64,000 bases of DNA, taken from NCBI GenBank assembly GCA_963743915.1, contig CAVURN010000001.1, positions 480,001 to 544,000 of the forward strand. Reading direction: 5' to 3'. The notes below the pieces were generated by a model. The model searched no databases and was not told where the DNA came from. It saw nothing but the letters and a program-made list of their open reading frames with translations. This document shows positions 47,255 through 58,653 of the stretch, piece after piece; the stretch's first letter is position 1, and the number at the start of each line of letters is the position of its first letter. The DNA comes from an uncultured Actinomycetota bacterium (GTDB lineage: Bacteria > Actinomycetota > Actinomycetes > JAHEKZ01). The translations under genes were made by a program, and so were the position numbers.

Positions 47255-47536
47255 GTGCGGGTGCAGGGGGCGTCCATGGAACCCACCTTGCGGTCGGGGG
47301 ACGTGCTTCTGGTCCGTGCCGGGGCGCTGCCGAAGGCGGGGGACCTGGTGGTCGTGCGGCTTCCGGAGCGATCGGGCCTGGCGGTGAAGCGTGCCGTGCG
47401 GCAGGAGCCCGGCGGTTGGTGGGTCGAGCGCGACAACCCCCGCGAGGGCGTCGACTCGTGGTCCGTCGGCGCGATCCCCGACGGCGACGTGGTGGCGCGG
47501 GTCGAGCGGCGGCTGTGGCCGATCCGGCGTGCCTGA
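47255..47536 (+). CDS. sodX: Ni-SOD maturation protease (true start may be upstream)
   Basis: VRVQGASMEPTL, VKRA, DNP..GVDS; divergent from sodN. Confidence 0.88.
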   Translation: MRVQGASMEPTLRSGDVLLVRAGALPKAGDLVVVRLPERSGLAVKRAVRQEPGGWWVERDNPREGVDSWSVGAIPDGDVVARVERRLWPIRRA

Positions 47537-47595
47537 GTCCCCGTCCGGCTGTGGAACCATGGCCCAGTCCCTCACCCAGCGGAAGAGTGCGTGCC

Positions 47596-48771
47596 GTGAC
47601 CGCGTCCGACCTGCCCGTCGATCCCGTCTTCGCCATGCACCGGGGCGGCAAGATCGAGATGCGCTCGACGGCGCGAGTGCGCGACCGCGAGGGGTTGGCG
47701 CTGGCGTACACACCAGGCGTGGCCCGGGTGAGCGAGGCCATCGCCGCTGATCCCGGTCTGGCCGACACCTACACGTGGCGGTCGCACGTCGTCGCCGTGG
47801 TGTCCGACGGCACGGCGGTGCTGGGGCTGGGAGACATCGGCCCCCTCGCCGCGCTGCCGGTGATGGAGGGCAAGGCGCTGCTGTTCAAGGACTTCGGCGG
47901 CGTGGACGCCGTGCCGCTGGTCCTTGACACGACCGACGTCGACGAGATCGTCGACACCGTCGCGCGGGTGGCGCCCAGCTTCGGTGGCATCAACCTGGAG
48001 GACATCAGCGCTCCGCGCTGCTTCGAGATCGAACGCAGGTTGCAGGAGCTGCTGGACATCCCGGTCTTCCACGACGACCAGCACGGCACCGCGATCGTCG
48101 TGCTGGCCGCGCTCGAGAACGCCGCACGGCTGATCGATCGTCCACTGTCCGATCTCCGCGTGGTCGTGTCCGGTGCCGGTGCGGCCGGTGTCGCAGTGAC
48201 GAAGATCCTGCTCGAGGCGGGGATCGGGGACATCGCCGTCGGCGACAGCAAGGGAATCATCCATTCCGGTCGCACCGACCTCAACGAGATGAAGCGTCGT
48301 ATCGCTGACGCCACCAACACCGCGGCACTCACAGGGTCGATCGAGAGTGCCATGCGCGGGGCCGACGTGTTCGTCGGCGTCTCGTCCGGAACCGTCTCCG
48401 AGGCGGCAGTGGCATCGATGGCCCAGTCGTCGATGGTCTTCGCCCTGGCCAACCCGGTTCCCGAGGTGGACCCGGTGGTGGCCGCCCAGTACGCGCGCGT
48501 CGTGGCGACCGGGCGGAGCGACTACCCGAACCAGATCAACAACGTGCTGGCCTTCCCCGGCATCTTCAAGGGTGCCCTCGAGAACAACGCCACCGAGATC
48601 ACCAAGCGGATGAAGCTGGCCGCGGCTGACGCGTTGGCGAAGGTGGTGGGCGACGACGTCGCCGACGACCACGTGATCCCCAGCGTCTTCGACCAGCGCG
48701 TGGGTCCGTCGGTCGCCGAGGCGGTGGGCAAGGCGGCGCGGGAGGATGGCGTCATCCGGCGTCACCACTGA
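47596..48771 (+). CDS. NAD(P)-dependent malic enzyme
   Basis: [45 protein letters not shown]. Confidence 0.94.
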   Translation: MTASDLPVDPVFAMHRGGKIEMRSTARVRDREGLALAYTPGVARVSEAIAADPGLADTYTWRSHVVAVVSDGTAVLGLGDIGPLAALPVMEGKALLFKDFGGVDAVPLVLDTTDVDEIVDTVARVAPSFGGINLEDISAPRCFEIERRLQELLDIPVFHDDQHGTAIVVLAALENAARLIDRPLSDLRVVVSGAGAAGVAVTKILLEAGIGDIAVGDSKGIIHSGRTDLNEMKRRIADATNTAALTGSIESAMRGADVFVGVSSGTVSEAAVASMAQSSMVFALANPVPEVDPVVAAQYARVVATGRSDYPNQINNVLAFPGIFKGALENNATEITKRMKLAAADALAKVVGDDVADDHVIPSVFDQRVGPSVAEAVGKAAREDGVIRRHH

Positions 48772-48777
48772 GGCGGG

Positions 48778-49251
48778 CTACGCGGCGTCGGTGATGTCGG
48801 CGACCTGGGCTTCGAGTGCTGCGAGGGCCGCATCGGCGTCGACGCCGATCGCGACGTCGTGCTCCCCGGCACCGAGCGTGACCCACCTCGCCAGCATCCG
48901 TTCGTCCGCGACCACCGGCAGCGCGGTGCGTGCGCCGAACGGGGTGATCGTGCCGCGTGGGTAGCCGGTCACAGCCAGCGCCTCGTCGGCGTCCGGCATC
49001 GACAACCGGTTGACACCGAGCAACGCCCGCAGCTTGGGCCAGCTGATCACCCGGTCACCGGGGACCAGCGCGAAGAGGTAGTCGCCCTCGCCTCGGCGCA
49101 CCACCATGGTCTTGACCACGTCAGCGGGCTCGACGCCGCGGGCCGCCGCCGCCTCGATGAGGCTCCGCACGGGCTCGTGCCGGATCACGGTGTGCTCGAG
49201 ACCCAGCCGTTCCACGGCCGCAATCGCCGGGGTGCCAGGGGCGTCGGGCAT
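48778..49251 (-). CDS. YbaK/EbsC aminoacyl-tRNA deacylase
   Basis: VVKTMV, TGYPRGTITPFG, LGAG. Confidence 0.9.
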   Translation of the reverse strand: MPDAPGTPAIAAVERLGLEHTVIRHEPVRSLIEAAAARGVEPADVVKTMVVRRGEGDYLFALVPGDRVISWPKLRALLGVNRLSMPDADEALAVTGYPRGTITPFGARTALPVVADERMLARWVTLGAGEHDVAIGVDADAALAALEAQVADITDAA

Positions 49252-49358
49252 GGGGGAAGGCTAGTCCTGTCTCCGGGCCTTTCGGCCGCTGTGCGCCCGC
49301 ACCGGGTGCCGGTACGGTCGCACTGTCTCTGCAGGGGGGCGGATCACGGGGGTCGACC

Positions 49359-50546
49359 ATGCGCCGCACCGCTGCCGTTCTCTCGCTCGTCCTGGCCGTC
49401 GGGGCTGCCCTCCTTGCCGGAACGGGCACCGCTCATGCCGCCACTGCGACGTCGGAGTCGCTCTTGGACGGCCTCGCGGTGGAGAGCTGGGGGGCCTGCG
49501 AGATGCCGGATGGATGGGTCTTCGTCCATCACGACGGACGGACGTCCGCCGGCGTGGCGATCGGGATGCGTCTGTTCGAGGGCTCCGATGCCGACGCGAC
49601 GGTGACGCGGACCTGGCCGCGCACCTCCCCGAGCGGTCGCGTGCCCGACCGGCACCACTGCGTGTCGGCGGACTTCGACCAGAACGGGTTGACCGACTTC
49701 TACGTGACCGCCGGTCGAGGCGGGAACAACGGCACCAAGGTGAACGGGCGAGGGAACGAGCTCTGGCTGCAGGTGTCGGAGGGGGTCTTCGAGAACCGGG
49801 CAGCGGCGTGGGGCGTCGAGGACGTCTGCGGGCGCAGTCACTACGCCGCCACCGCCGACTTCGACGGTGACGGGTGGGCCGACCTCTACGTGGGGAACGC
49901 CGTCCCCCGCGCCGTCACCCCCGACCCGTGCGACGCACAGCCTGGCAGCGAGCTGTCCCACCTCTACCTCAACGCGGGGGGCTCGGGGTTCGTGGACGCG
50001 ACGAGTGACTGGGGTCCCGCCCACAACGGTGGGGTCCGTTGTGCGGTGGCCGGACAGTTCCTGGGCGATCCGGCCCCCGACCTCGTCGTGTGCCGTTCGG
50101 CGGGACTGCTCGTGCTCGAGAACGTCCCCGGCCAGGGGTTCGTCGACCGTCGGGCCTCCCTGGGCCTCCCCGCCACCGACTGGCGGCAGGCCACCGTGGG
50201 AGATGTCACCGGGGACGGAGTGCCGGACCTGGTCGCTGCGACCGGAACGGCCGTCCGGGTCTGGTCGTCGATGCGCGGGACACCCCGCGTCGTCCTGACG
50301 TCCACCGCGCTGCGGGGGGTGGCGGTGAATCCGGCAGGGGACATCTACGCGCTCCGGTCGGCGGCAGCCACGAATCCGCAGGACGTCGTCCTCGTGCGGA
50401 ACGCGACGGGCTGGGCACCGGCTTGGGTGCCCAACGCCGGTGGGAAAGGCGACTTCGTGGTGTGGCTCGAACGGGCGGACGCCTGGTTGGTCGGCAACGG
50501 TCTCGACGACCACCTCGGTCCCATGCAGCTGGTGCAGGCGGAATAG
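49359..50546 (+). CDS. Secreted FG-GAP/VCBS-repeat beta-propeller protein (CRTAC1-like)
   Basis: Signal peptide ..TAHA; ADFDQNGLTDFYV, ADFDGDGWADLYV, GDVTGDGVPDLV. Confidence 0.8.
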   Translation: MRRTAAVLSLVLAVGAALLAGTGTAHAATATSESLLDGLAVESWGACEMPDGWVFVHHDGRTSAGVAIGMRLFEGSDADATVTRTWPRTSPSGRVPDRHHCVSADFDQNGLTDFYVTAGRGGNNGTKVNGRGNELWLQVSEGVFENRAAAWGVEDVCGRSHYAATADFDGDGWADLYVGNAVPRAVTPDPCDAQPGSELSHLYLNAGGSGFVDATSDWGPAHNGGVRCAVAGQFLGDPAPDLVVCRSAGLLVLENVPGQGFVDRRASLGLPATDWRQATVGDVTGDGVPDLVAATGTAVRVWSSMRGTPRVVLTSTALRGVAVNPAGDIYALRSAAATNPQDVVLVRNATGWAPAWVPNAGGKGDFVVWLERADAWLVGNGLDDHLGPMQLVQAE

Positions 50547-50570
50547 CGACGGAGGGGCGCCCGGAGAGCG

Positions 50571-51609
50571 TCAGCGTGAAGCGGGCACCACGTCGGCGAC
50601 GAGCCGAGCGAACGAGTCGACGTCGTCCTCGGTCGTGTCCCACGAGCACATCCACCGCACCTCGTGGCGCGCAGCGTCCCACTCGTAGAACGGGTACGCC
50701 TCCTGCAGCTTCGGGATTGCCTGCTCGGGAAGCCGGGCGAAGACGCCGTTGGCCTGCACCGGCTGGGTGATCTCGACGCCTGGGACCTGGACGACCGCGT
50801 CGTGCAGGCGTCGGGCCATGGCGTTCGCGTGCGCAGCGTTGTGACGCCAGAGGTCACCGTCGAACAGGGCAAGGAACTGCGCGGAGATGAAGCGCATCTT
50901 GCTCGCCAGCTGCATCTGCTGCTTGCGGATGTTCGGAGTGTGACGAGCGAGCTCCGGGCGGAAGAAGACGACCGCCTCCCCACCCATCAGGCCGTTCTTG
51001 GTGCCGCCGAACGACAGCACGTCAACGCCCACGTCAGCGGTCGTCTCCCGCAGCTCGACCCCCAGTGAGGCGGCCGCGTTGCAGATGCGGGCGCCGTCCA
51101 TGTGCAGGTACATGTCGAGCTCGTGCGTGGTGTCGGCAATCGCTCGGAGCTCGTCCAGCGAGTACAGCGTGCCGAGCTCGGTGGACTGGGTGATCGAGAC
51201 GACGGTGGGCTGCACGTGGTGGACATCTCCGCGTCCGACGAAGTTCTCGCGGATGAGCTCAGGAGTGAGCTTGCCGTCCTCCGTCGGTACGTCGACCAGC
51301 TTGCTGCCGAGGAACCGCTCGGGTGCCCCCGCCTCGTCCCAGTTGATGTGCGCAGTCTCGGTGCAGATCACGTTCTGCCACGGATGAAGCAGCGACTGCA
51401 GTGCGGTGACGTTCGCCCCGGTGCCGTTGAACACGAAGAAGACCTCGACCTGATCCCCCAGGAGCTCGCGAAACCTCGCCACGGCCTCCGCGGTGACGGG
51501 ATCGTCGCCGTACGAGGTCACGTGGCCCGGCGTTCACCGCGGCGAGGCCGGCCAGCACGTCGGGGTGGACGCCGGCGTAGTTGTCGCTGGCAAAACCGCG
51601 GTGGCTCAC
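50571..51609 (-). CDS. ltaE: Low-specificity L-threonine aldolase (frameshift near 51525)
   Basis: GFASDNYAG (alternative frame), YGDD, NGTGAN, HMDGAR, GGTKNG, KMRF. Confidence 0.9.
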
Positions 51610-52329
51610 GAGGGACCTCCGGAGTAGAGGCGGATGCGTTGCCCGTTCATCTTGGCCGCTGCGTCTGAGGACACGTGCACCAGGGCCTCGGCGATGTCCT
51701 CTGCGGGAACGAACGCACCCCAGTCCTTGTCCGGGTCCTTGGCCCGCATGGCGGGGGTGAGGATGGCCGGCACCACGACCACGTTGGCGGTGGCCGTCGT
51801 GCCCTTGAAGCCGTTGGCCAGCGCCAGGACGACGGCTTCGGCGGCCGCCTTGGCACTGGCGTACGCGGCGTTCTTCGACGTCGGTGCCTGGGCCTCCTTG
51901 GCCGAGATGATGGCCAGACGTCCGTGCGGCGAGGACGTCAGTGTCGCGGCGAACGACCGCGCCACGTGCACGGTGGTGCGCACGAGGAGGTCGTGCAGCC
52001 AGTCCCAGTCCTCGAGCGGCTGCTCCGGAAGTGGGGTGCCGCCTCGCCAGCCACCGACGAGGTGCCAGACGGCATCCACCGGTGCGGGCGCTGACAGCTC
52101 GGCGGCAAGTCCGTCGACAGCTGCGGGGTCGAGCAGGTCGACGACCTGTGTCGCCTCGACGCCGGAGGCCGCCGGACCGAGTGAGGCGACCAGGGTCGTC
52201 GAGGCGCTCCTGTGAGACGTCGACCAGCACGACCCGCGCGCCCTCGGCCAGTGCGGCCGAGACGACCGTGGGACCGAGTCCACCCGCCGCCCCGGTCACC
52301 AGGACCCGACGGCCGGCGAGCCGGCTCAT
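51606..52329 (-). CDS. SDR oxidoreductase (frameshift near 52200)
   Basis: VLVTGAAGGLG, then HLVGGWRGG and YASAKAA in a second frame. Confidence 0.85.
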
Positions 52330-54413
52330 GCCGCGTCCTCGATGCTGGTGCGCGCGATGACCGGGCCCAGCTTGGCGCCCAGCGACTGGTAGAACATGCT
52401 CAGCGGGAACTCGTCGGGATTGACCAGGTCCACCCACGCCTTGTGGTCGCCCTCGTCGCGCCCGGCGCGAGCGTCCGGCGTCCACTGCGACGCGAGGTTG
52501 GGCTGCACGTACCGGCTGACCAGGTCGTGAGCGGCGATCCAGTAGCGCACCTTCGAGGTGCTGATGCCGGTGCGGTAGAGGTCCTCGATCTCCAGGCGGA
52601 GGGCATCGACACCCTGAGGAAGCCGCTCCCAGTCGACGGTGAGCGTGTTGTTGCGCCACGTGATGATGCCGGCTCGGTGCAGGTGCCCGAAGAGGATCTG
52701 ACCTGCGAGACCGTCGTAGTTGCGGACGCGGCTGCCGGTCAGCGGGAAGCGGAAGAGCCGGTCGAACAGGACGCCGTACTGGACGTACTCGGCGAACGGA
52801 AACTCCCTCGACAGCTCGCCGGCCTGGTGGAAGGCGGTGAGGTCGCAGCGAAGCTCCTCCAGGGAGTACATCCAGAAGGGCAGCCGCTGACGAATCATGA
52901 AGGGGTCGAAGGGGAGCTCGCCGTGGCTGTGAGCACGGTCGTGGATGAGGTCCCAGAGCTCGAACATGTCGCGGGTCATCGGCTCACTCGCGAGCAGCGC
53001 CGTGATGTGCGGAGGCAGGTCGAGCTGGGTGAGGGACACGGCTGCTGAGACGACCCGCTGGTAGCGCTCGGCCTCGCGGTCGCAGAAGATCCCGCCGAAG
53101 GTGTTGGCCGCCGGACCCACCACGCTCACCGTCTCGGGGAAGAACACCGCGCACTCGCTGTCGTAGCCGGCGGTGTTGTCGACGAGGTGGACCGGGACGA
53201 ACTTGTCGTTCGGGAACTGCGCCGACTCCAGCTCGGCGATCCACGCCGGCCACGGCACCCGCACGATCAGCGCCTCGAAGCGGACGTCGAGGGAGCCGTT
53301 GGGCGTGTACATCGGGAAGACGGCGAGGTGCTCGATGGCGTCGGTGCGCTGCAGCTCGGGTCGGAAGAGCGCCAGGGAGGCGCCGAAGTGCGGCTTGCCA
53401 CAACCTTCGTCGACCCACCGCGCCAGGTCCGACGTGACCTGCTGCAGGTACTCGGCCTGGTGGGGGAAGTGCGGTGCGAGGCCGTCGATGGAGGACGTCA
53501 TCCGCTCGGCGATCGCCCGGACGCGCTCGGCCGGAACGGTCGCCAGGTCGACGGTCGCATCGGCGGCCTGCAGGGCGCGCAGCTCCTCGGTCGCTGCCTT
53601 GAGCGACGCCCAGTGCGGATCCGCTGCTGCTGCAGACTGTGGGTGGTCGACCTGGGCGGCGAATGCGGGCAGCGCCGTCCAGTAGGCGATGTTCTGCCAC
53701 AGCTGCGCGTGGTCGAACGCGTCGATGCAGTCGTCGCCGAAAAGGTCGGAGTCGGAGGCGACGACGACGCGTCCCCGCCCGTACTCGGCCGCCGCCAGCA
53801 GCGGTGCGGATGCAGGAGCGGCGGACTCGGCCGAGGTGGCGAGCACGGACACGTCGTCGGCAGGGGACAGCACGCCCGCGCGGTAGAAGACCGCACGCTC
53901 GACGCCGCTCAGCAGCGGGTGCTGCGCGGTCAGGCGTGCTTCGACCCAGCTGGGCGCCTGGTGGTGGCGGGCGTAGTCCTGGACGGTCGCGTGCTCGACG
54001 GCGATGCCGAAGCCCGCCGCGATCTCGGCGAGGTTGGAGCCGTACTTGTCCTGCTCGGACTCGGCGAGGATCACCAGCCCGCCTCCGCTCTCGACGAAGG
54101 AGCGGATGGTCTCGAGCTCGCTCTCGTCGTAGCGGGCCGAGCCGACACCGGTGGTGGCCTCGAACTTGGGGGTGCTCGCGTGCGGAAGCACGAGCACCGC
54201 GACGTCACGGAGCACCTCGGCTGTGATCAGGCCCTCGACGAGCGGCTCGACGGCGAAGTCGCGCCGGCGGAGCAGCTCGGCCGCCTTGGCGTACGAGCTG
54301 TCATGGGGATGGGTCGGCTGCATCTGGGTCGCCAGCTCCGGTCGAATGGTCCAGGCCTGCTGGTGGGCCTCGTCGACCAGAATGCGCAACGCGGGGGGAC
54401 GGACGACGGTCAT
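52326..54413 (-). CDS. DUF6421 family protein with extra N-terminal GATase-like domain
   Basis: C-terminal VFPMYTPNGS, IFCDREA, WDLIHDRAHSHG, LEELRCD; N-terminal ILVDEAH..GGGLVILAE..GRGRVVVASDSDLF. Confidence 0.8.
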   Translation of the reverse strand: MTVVRPPALRILVDEAHQQAWTIRPELATQMQPTHPHDSSYAKAAELLRRRDFAVEPLVEGLITAEVLRDVAVLVLPHASTPKFEATTGVGSARYDESELETIRSFVESGGGLVILAESEQDKYGSNLAEIAAGFGIAVEHATVQDYARHHQAPSWVEARLTAQHPLLSGVERAVFYRAGVLSPADDVSVLATSAESAAPASAPLLAAAEYGRGRVVVASDSDLFGDDCIDAFDHAQLWQNIAYWTALPAFAAQVDHPQSAAAADPHWASLKAATEELRALQAADATVDLATVPAERVRAIAERMTSSIDGLAPHFPHQAEYLQQVTSDLARWVDEGCGKPHFGASLALFRPELQRTDAIEHLAVFPMYTPNGSLDVRFEALIVRVPWPAWIAELESAQFPNDKFVPVHLVDNTAGYDSECAVFFPETVSVVGPAANTFGGIFCDREAERYQRVVSAAVSLTQLDLPPHITALLASEPMTRDMFELWDLIHDRAHSHGELPFDPFMIRQRLPFWMYSLEELRCDLTAFHQAGELSREFPFAEYVQYGVLFDRLFRFPLTGSRVRNYDGLAGQILFGHLHRAGIITWRNNTLTVDWERLPQGVDALRLEIEDLYRTGISTSKVRYWIAAHDLVSRYVQPNLASQWTPDARAGRDEGDHKAWVDLVNPDEFPLSMFYQSLGAKLGPVIARTSIEDAA

Positions 54414-54485
54414 GGCAGGCTCCTCGGCGAAAGGATGACGCTCGATGCGAATGGTCACCGGCAATTCTTCTGAGATCAGCGTATC

Positions 54486-54506
54486 TGACGGGAGATTCTC
54501 CCGTCA
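54486..54506. promoter_or_regulatory. Perfect 21-bp palindrome upstream of the DUF6421 operon
   Basis: TGACGGGAGA-T-TCTCCCGTCA. Confidence 0.6.
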
Positions 54507-54524
54507 CCCTGCTCAGATCCCAAC

Positions 54525-54589
54525 GAGTTGATCTTGAGGTTGGGGGCAACCACGCCGGGCGAGTCTGCCCCCAGGCTCAAGATCAACTC
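54525..54589. repeat. REP-like long inverted repeat
   Basis: GAGTTGATCTTGAG..TGGGGGCA...TGCCCCCA..CTCAAGATCAACTC. Confidence 0.65.
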
Positions 54590-54653
54590 ACCATCGCTCG
54601 ATGCGGGGCGCCCCCGGGCCGCCGCCGGGCCGCCGCCGGGCCAGCCGGTTCGG

Positions 54654-54830
54654 CTACTCGTCGTCGTCCTCGAGCCGCGCCAGCCAGGTGGCGAGCCGCT
54701 CGATCTGCGTCTCGAACTCGGGGTTCAGGTCGACGAAGACCTGCAGCTGGTCGGCGAGCCAGGCGAGGGTCACCTGCTCGTCGCCGCGTCGGCTGACCAG
54801 CTCCTCGAGACCACGGTCGGTGAAGTACAT
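54654..54830 (-). CDS. DUF6104 family protein (58 aa)
   Basis: Manual translation MYFTDRGLEELVSRRGDEQVTLAWLADQLQVFVDLNPEFETQIERLATWLARLEDDDE; usual position after kgd. Confidence 0.88.
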   Translation of the reverse strand: MYFTDRGLEELVSRRGDEQVTLAWLADQLQVFVDLNPEFETQIERLATWLARLEDDDE

Positions 54831-54839
54831 CCGCCGACC

Positions 54840-57800
54840 TCAGCGGGGAGCGAAGGCGGACTCGACCAGGGCGCGCTGCTCGCGCTCATGAGCCTGGGCC
54901 GAGCCAGTGGCCGGTGCCGAGCTCGCCGGACGGGTGATCGGGATGAGGGGCTGACCCAGCGCCTCGGCGAGGTTGAGTCCCATGAAGGGCCACGCCCCCT
55001 GGTTGGCGGGTTCCTCCTGCACCCAGCGCAGCTCCGCCTGCCCGTACCGGGCGATCGCGCTGAACACCTCGTTCGTCGGGAGCGGGTAGAGGCGTTCGAC
55101 GCGGACGATGGCGGTGTCCGTGGCGCCGGTCTCCTCCCGGTGCTTGAGCAGGTCGTAGTAGACCTTCCCCGCGCAGAGCAGCACCCGCCGGACGCCGTCC
55201 GCCGGGATGGTGTCGGGGAACACGGGCTTGAAGTGTCCTGACGTGAACTCGGAGGTCGCGGAGGCCGACGCCTTCAGTCTCAGCATCGACTTGGGGGTGA
55301 AGACCACAAGCGGACGTCGCACCGGTGAGAGCGCCTGCCAGCGCAACAGGTGGAAGTAGTTCGCCGGTGTGGTCAGGTTCGCGATCGTCATGTTGTCCTG
55401 CGCGCACAGCTGGAGGAACCGCTCCAGCCGTGCTGACGAGTGGTCCGGACCCTGACCTTCGTGGCCGTGCGGGAGCAGCAGCACCAGACCGCTCTGCTGG
55501 CCCCACTTCTGCTCACCGGACGCCAGGAACTCGTCGATGATGGTCTGGGCACCGTTGGCGAAGTCGCCGAACTGTGCCTCCCACAGGACGAGCGCCTCCG
55601 GACGCGCCACGCTGTAGCCGTACTCGAAGCCCATCGCTGCGAACTCCGACAGCGGGGAGTCGTAGACGTAGAGCTTGGCGCCCTTCTCGTAGCACCGCTT
55701 GAGTGGCTTGTAGGCCCAGCCGGTGGCCTTGTCGATGATGACCATGTGGCGCTGGCCGAAGGTGCCGCGGCGGGAGTCCTGACCGGCGAGCCGGACCGAG
55801 ATGCCGTCGGTGAGCAGCGACCCGATGGCGAGCGTCTCGCCCATGGCCCAGTCGATCGTGTCGTCCTGGACCATCTGAGCCCGGCGCTGCAGCTGCGGTG
55901 CGAGCCGGTGGTGGACGGTGAAGCCCTCGGGCAGCTGGAGCTGGCTCTGCACCACCCGGTCGACGGTCTCGGCGCTCACGGCGGTCGGGACGTCTCGCTC
56001 CGGGGTCTGCGGGGCCAGGGTGACCTCGCCGCGCTGCTCGACCTCGGTGATGGGCTCAGGGGTGTGCTCGGGATGCTCGGCGGCGTCCCGCGTCTCGCGG
56101 AACACCTTCTCCAGCTGCTCCTGGTAGTCGCGCAGCGCGGCCTCGGCCTCCTCGACGGAGATGTCGCCACGCCCGATGAGCGCCTCGGTGTAGAGCTTGC
56201 GGGCCGAGCGCTTGGAGTCGATGACCTTGTACATCAGCGGTTGCGTCAGCGACGGGTCGTCCGCCTCGTTGTGCCCGCGTCGTCGGTAGCAGATGAGGTC
56301 GATGACGACGTCCTTCTTGAAGGCCTTGCGGAACTCGAAGGCCTCCTGCGCGACGCGGACGACCGCCTCCGGGTCGTCGCCGTTGACGTGGAAGATCGGC
56401 GCCTGGACCGTTCGCGCGACGTCGGTCGCGTAGACGCTGGAGCGGGCGGCCGCCGGGGCGGTGGTGAACCCCACCTGGTTGTTCACGACCACGTGGATCG
56501 TGCCACCGGTGCGGTACCCGCGAAGCTGTGACAGCTCGAGCGTCTCCGCCACCACGCCCTGACCGGAGAACGCCGCATCACCGTGCAGCAGCACGGGAAG
56601 CACGGTGAATCCCGACTCGCCGAGCCCGATCACGTCCTGCTTGGCGCGGGCGAATCCCTCCAGCACCGGGCTGACGGCCTCGAGGTGGCTGGGGTTGGAG
56701 ACGAGGGAGACCGCGATCGACGACCCGTCGGGCGCCTTGAAGGTCCCCTCGGCGCCGAGGTGGTACTTCACGTCGCCGGAGCCCTGGACCGCCTCGAGGT
56801 CCAGGTTGCCCTCGAACTCGCGGAAGATCTGTCCGTACGACTTTCCGACGATGTTGGCCAGGACGTTGAGCCGCCCGCGGTGCGGCATGCCGATCGCGAC
56901 CTCGTGCAGCCCCTGCTGAGCCGCAGAGGTGAGGATCTCGTCGAGCAGGGGGATGACCGACTCGCTGCCCTCCAGGGAGAAGCGCTTCTGCCCGACGTAC
57001 TTGGTCTGCAGGAAGGCTTCGAACGCCTCGGCGGCGTTGAGTCGACGCAGGATGTGCATCTGGTCCTGCGGGCTGGGCCGCTCGTGCGCGCGCTCGAACC
57101 GGGTCTGGATCCACGCGCGCTGCTCGGGGTCCTGGATGTGCATGTACTCGATGCCGAGGGTCCGCGCATAGGAGTCCCGCAGCACGCCGAGGACCTCGCG
57201 CAGGCTCATGAGCGGCTCGTCCGCCGAAACCGCCGGTCGCGAACTCACGGTCGAGGTCCCACAGGGTGAGCCCGTGGTTGACGACGTCGAGGTCGGGGTG
57301 GCGTCGCTGCCGGTACTCGAGCGGGTCGGTGTCGGCCATCAGGTGGCCGCGCACGCGGTAGGCGTGGATCAGCTCCTGGACGCGGGCGGTCTTGTTGACG
57401 TCGTCCTCGTGCGAGGCGCTGATGTCGTGGACCCAGCGGATGGGCTCGTACGGGATCCGCAGCGCGGTGAAGATCTCGTCGTAGAAGTCCTGCTCACCGA
57501 GGAGCAGCTCGCTCAGGCGGCGGAGGAACTCGCCCGACTGCGCCCCCTGGATGATCCGGTGGTCGTAGGTCGACGTCAGGGTCAGGATCTTGCTGACCGC
57601 CAGCCGGGCCAGCGTCTCGGGGGACGCCCCCTGGTACTCCGCCGGGTACTCGAGGGACCCGACGCCGAGGATCGCCCCCTGGCCCTGCATGAGGCGCGGC
57701 ACCGAGTGGGACGTCCCGATGGTGCCCGGGTTGGTGAGACTGATCGTGGTGCCCACGAAGTCGTCGGCCGTGAGCTTTTGGGCCCGTGCTCGCCGGATGA

Positions 57801-58494
57801 GGTCCTCGTAGGCCGACCAGAACCCAGTGAAGTCCATCGTGTCGGCCGCCTTGACGGCCGGAACGAGGAGCTGGCGGGTTCCGTCCGGCTTGGTGAGGTC
57901 GATCGCGAGCCCGAGGTTGACGTGGTCGGGGCGCACGACCACGGGCTTGCCGTCCACCTCGGCGTAGCTCGCGTTCATCTCCGGGAGGCCCTGCAGGGCC
58001 TGCACGACCGCCCATGCGATCAGGTGGGTGAACGAGACCTTGCCGCCCCGGCTGCGCCGCAGGTGGTTGTTGATGACGGTGCGGTTGTCGATCAGCAGCT
58101 TGGCGGGGATTCTCCGGACGCTGGTGGCCGTCGGAACCGCCAGCGAGGCCTCCATGTTGGTGACGACCCGCGCGGCGGGGCCGCGCAGCACCTGGGCCTC
58201 GGCGTCCTCGGCCACCGTGGTCGGAGCAGTCGGCGCAGCGGGTGCCGGCGGCGGCACCGCGGGTACGGGCTGCACCGGGACCGGGGCGGGCTCGATGTGG
58301 ACGGCGGCGGCGTCCGGCGGCGGCGTGGGCACGGCCGATGGCCCGCCTGCCTCGCCGGGCCGGTAGTCCTCGAAGAACCCGTGCCAGGCCGGGTCGACGG
58401 AGTCGGGGTCGGCCAGGTACTGCTGGTAGAGCTCATCCACCAGCCACTGGTTGGGTCCGAACTGCGCGGTCGTGGACTGCTGCTGGCTGGTCAC
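54840..58494 (-). CDS. kgd: Multifunctional 2-oxoglutarate decarboxylase/dehydrogenase Kgd/OdhA (frameshift near 57220)
   Basis: [28 protein letters not shown]; then [36 protein letters not shown]. Confidence 0.95.
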
Positions 58495-58653
58495 CGTGCG
58501 CTGCTACCCCTTGAGTCGGCCCTCGAATCGGCGTGACGCCTGCCAGCGTATCCCCGATCCCAGGTGGGTACCGGACCGGATGTCCCTGGATTTGCGGGTC
58601 GAGGTACGGGGCCGCACCGTGGACCTGTGGCGACAGGTGGCGGGGACGGAGCG

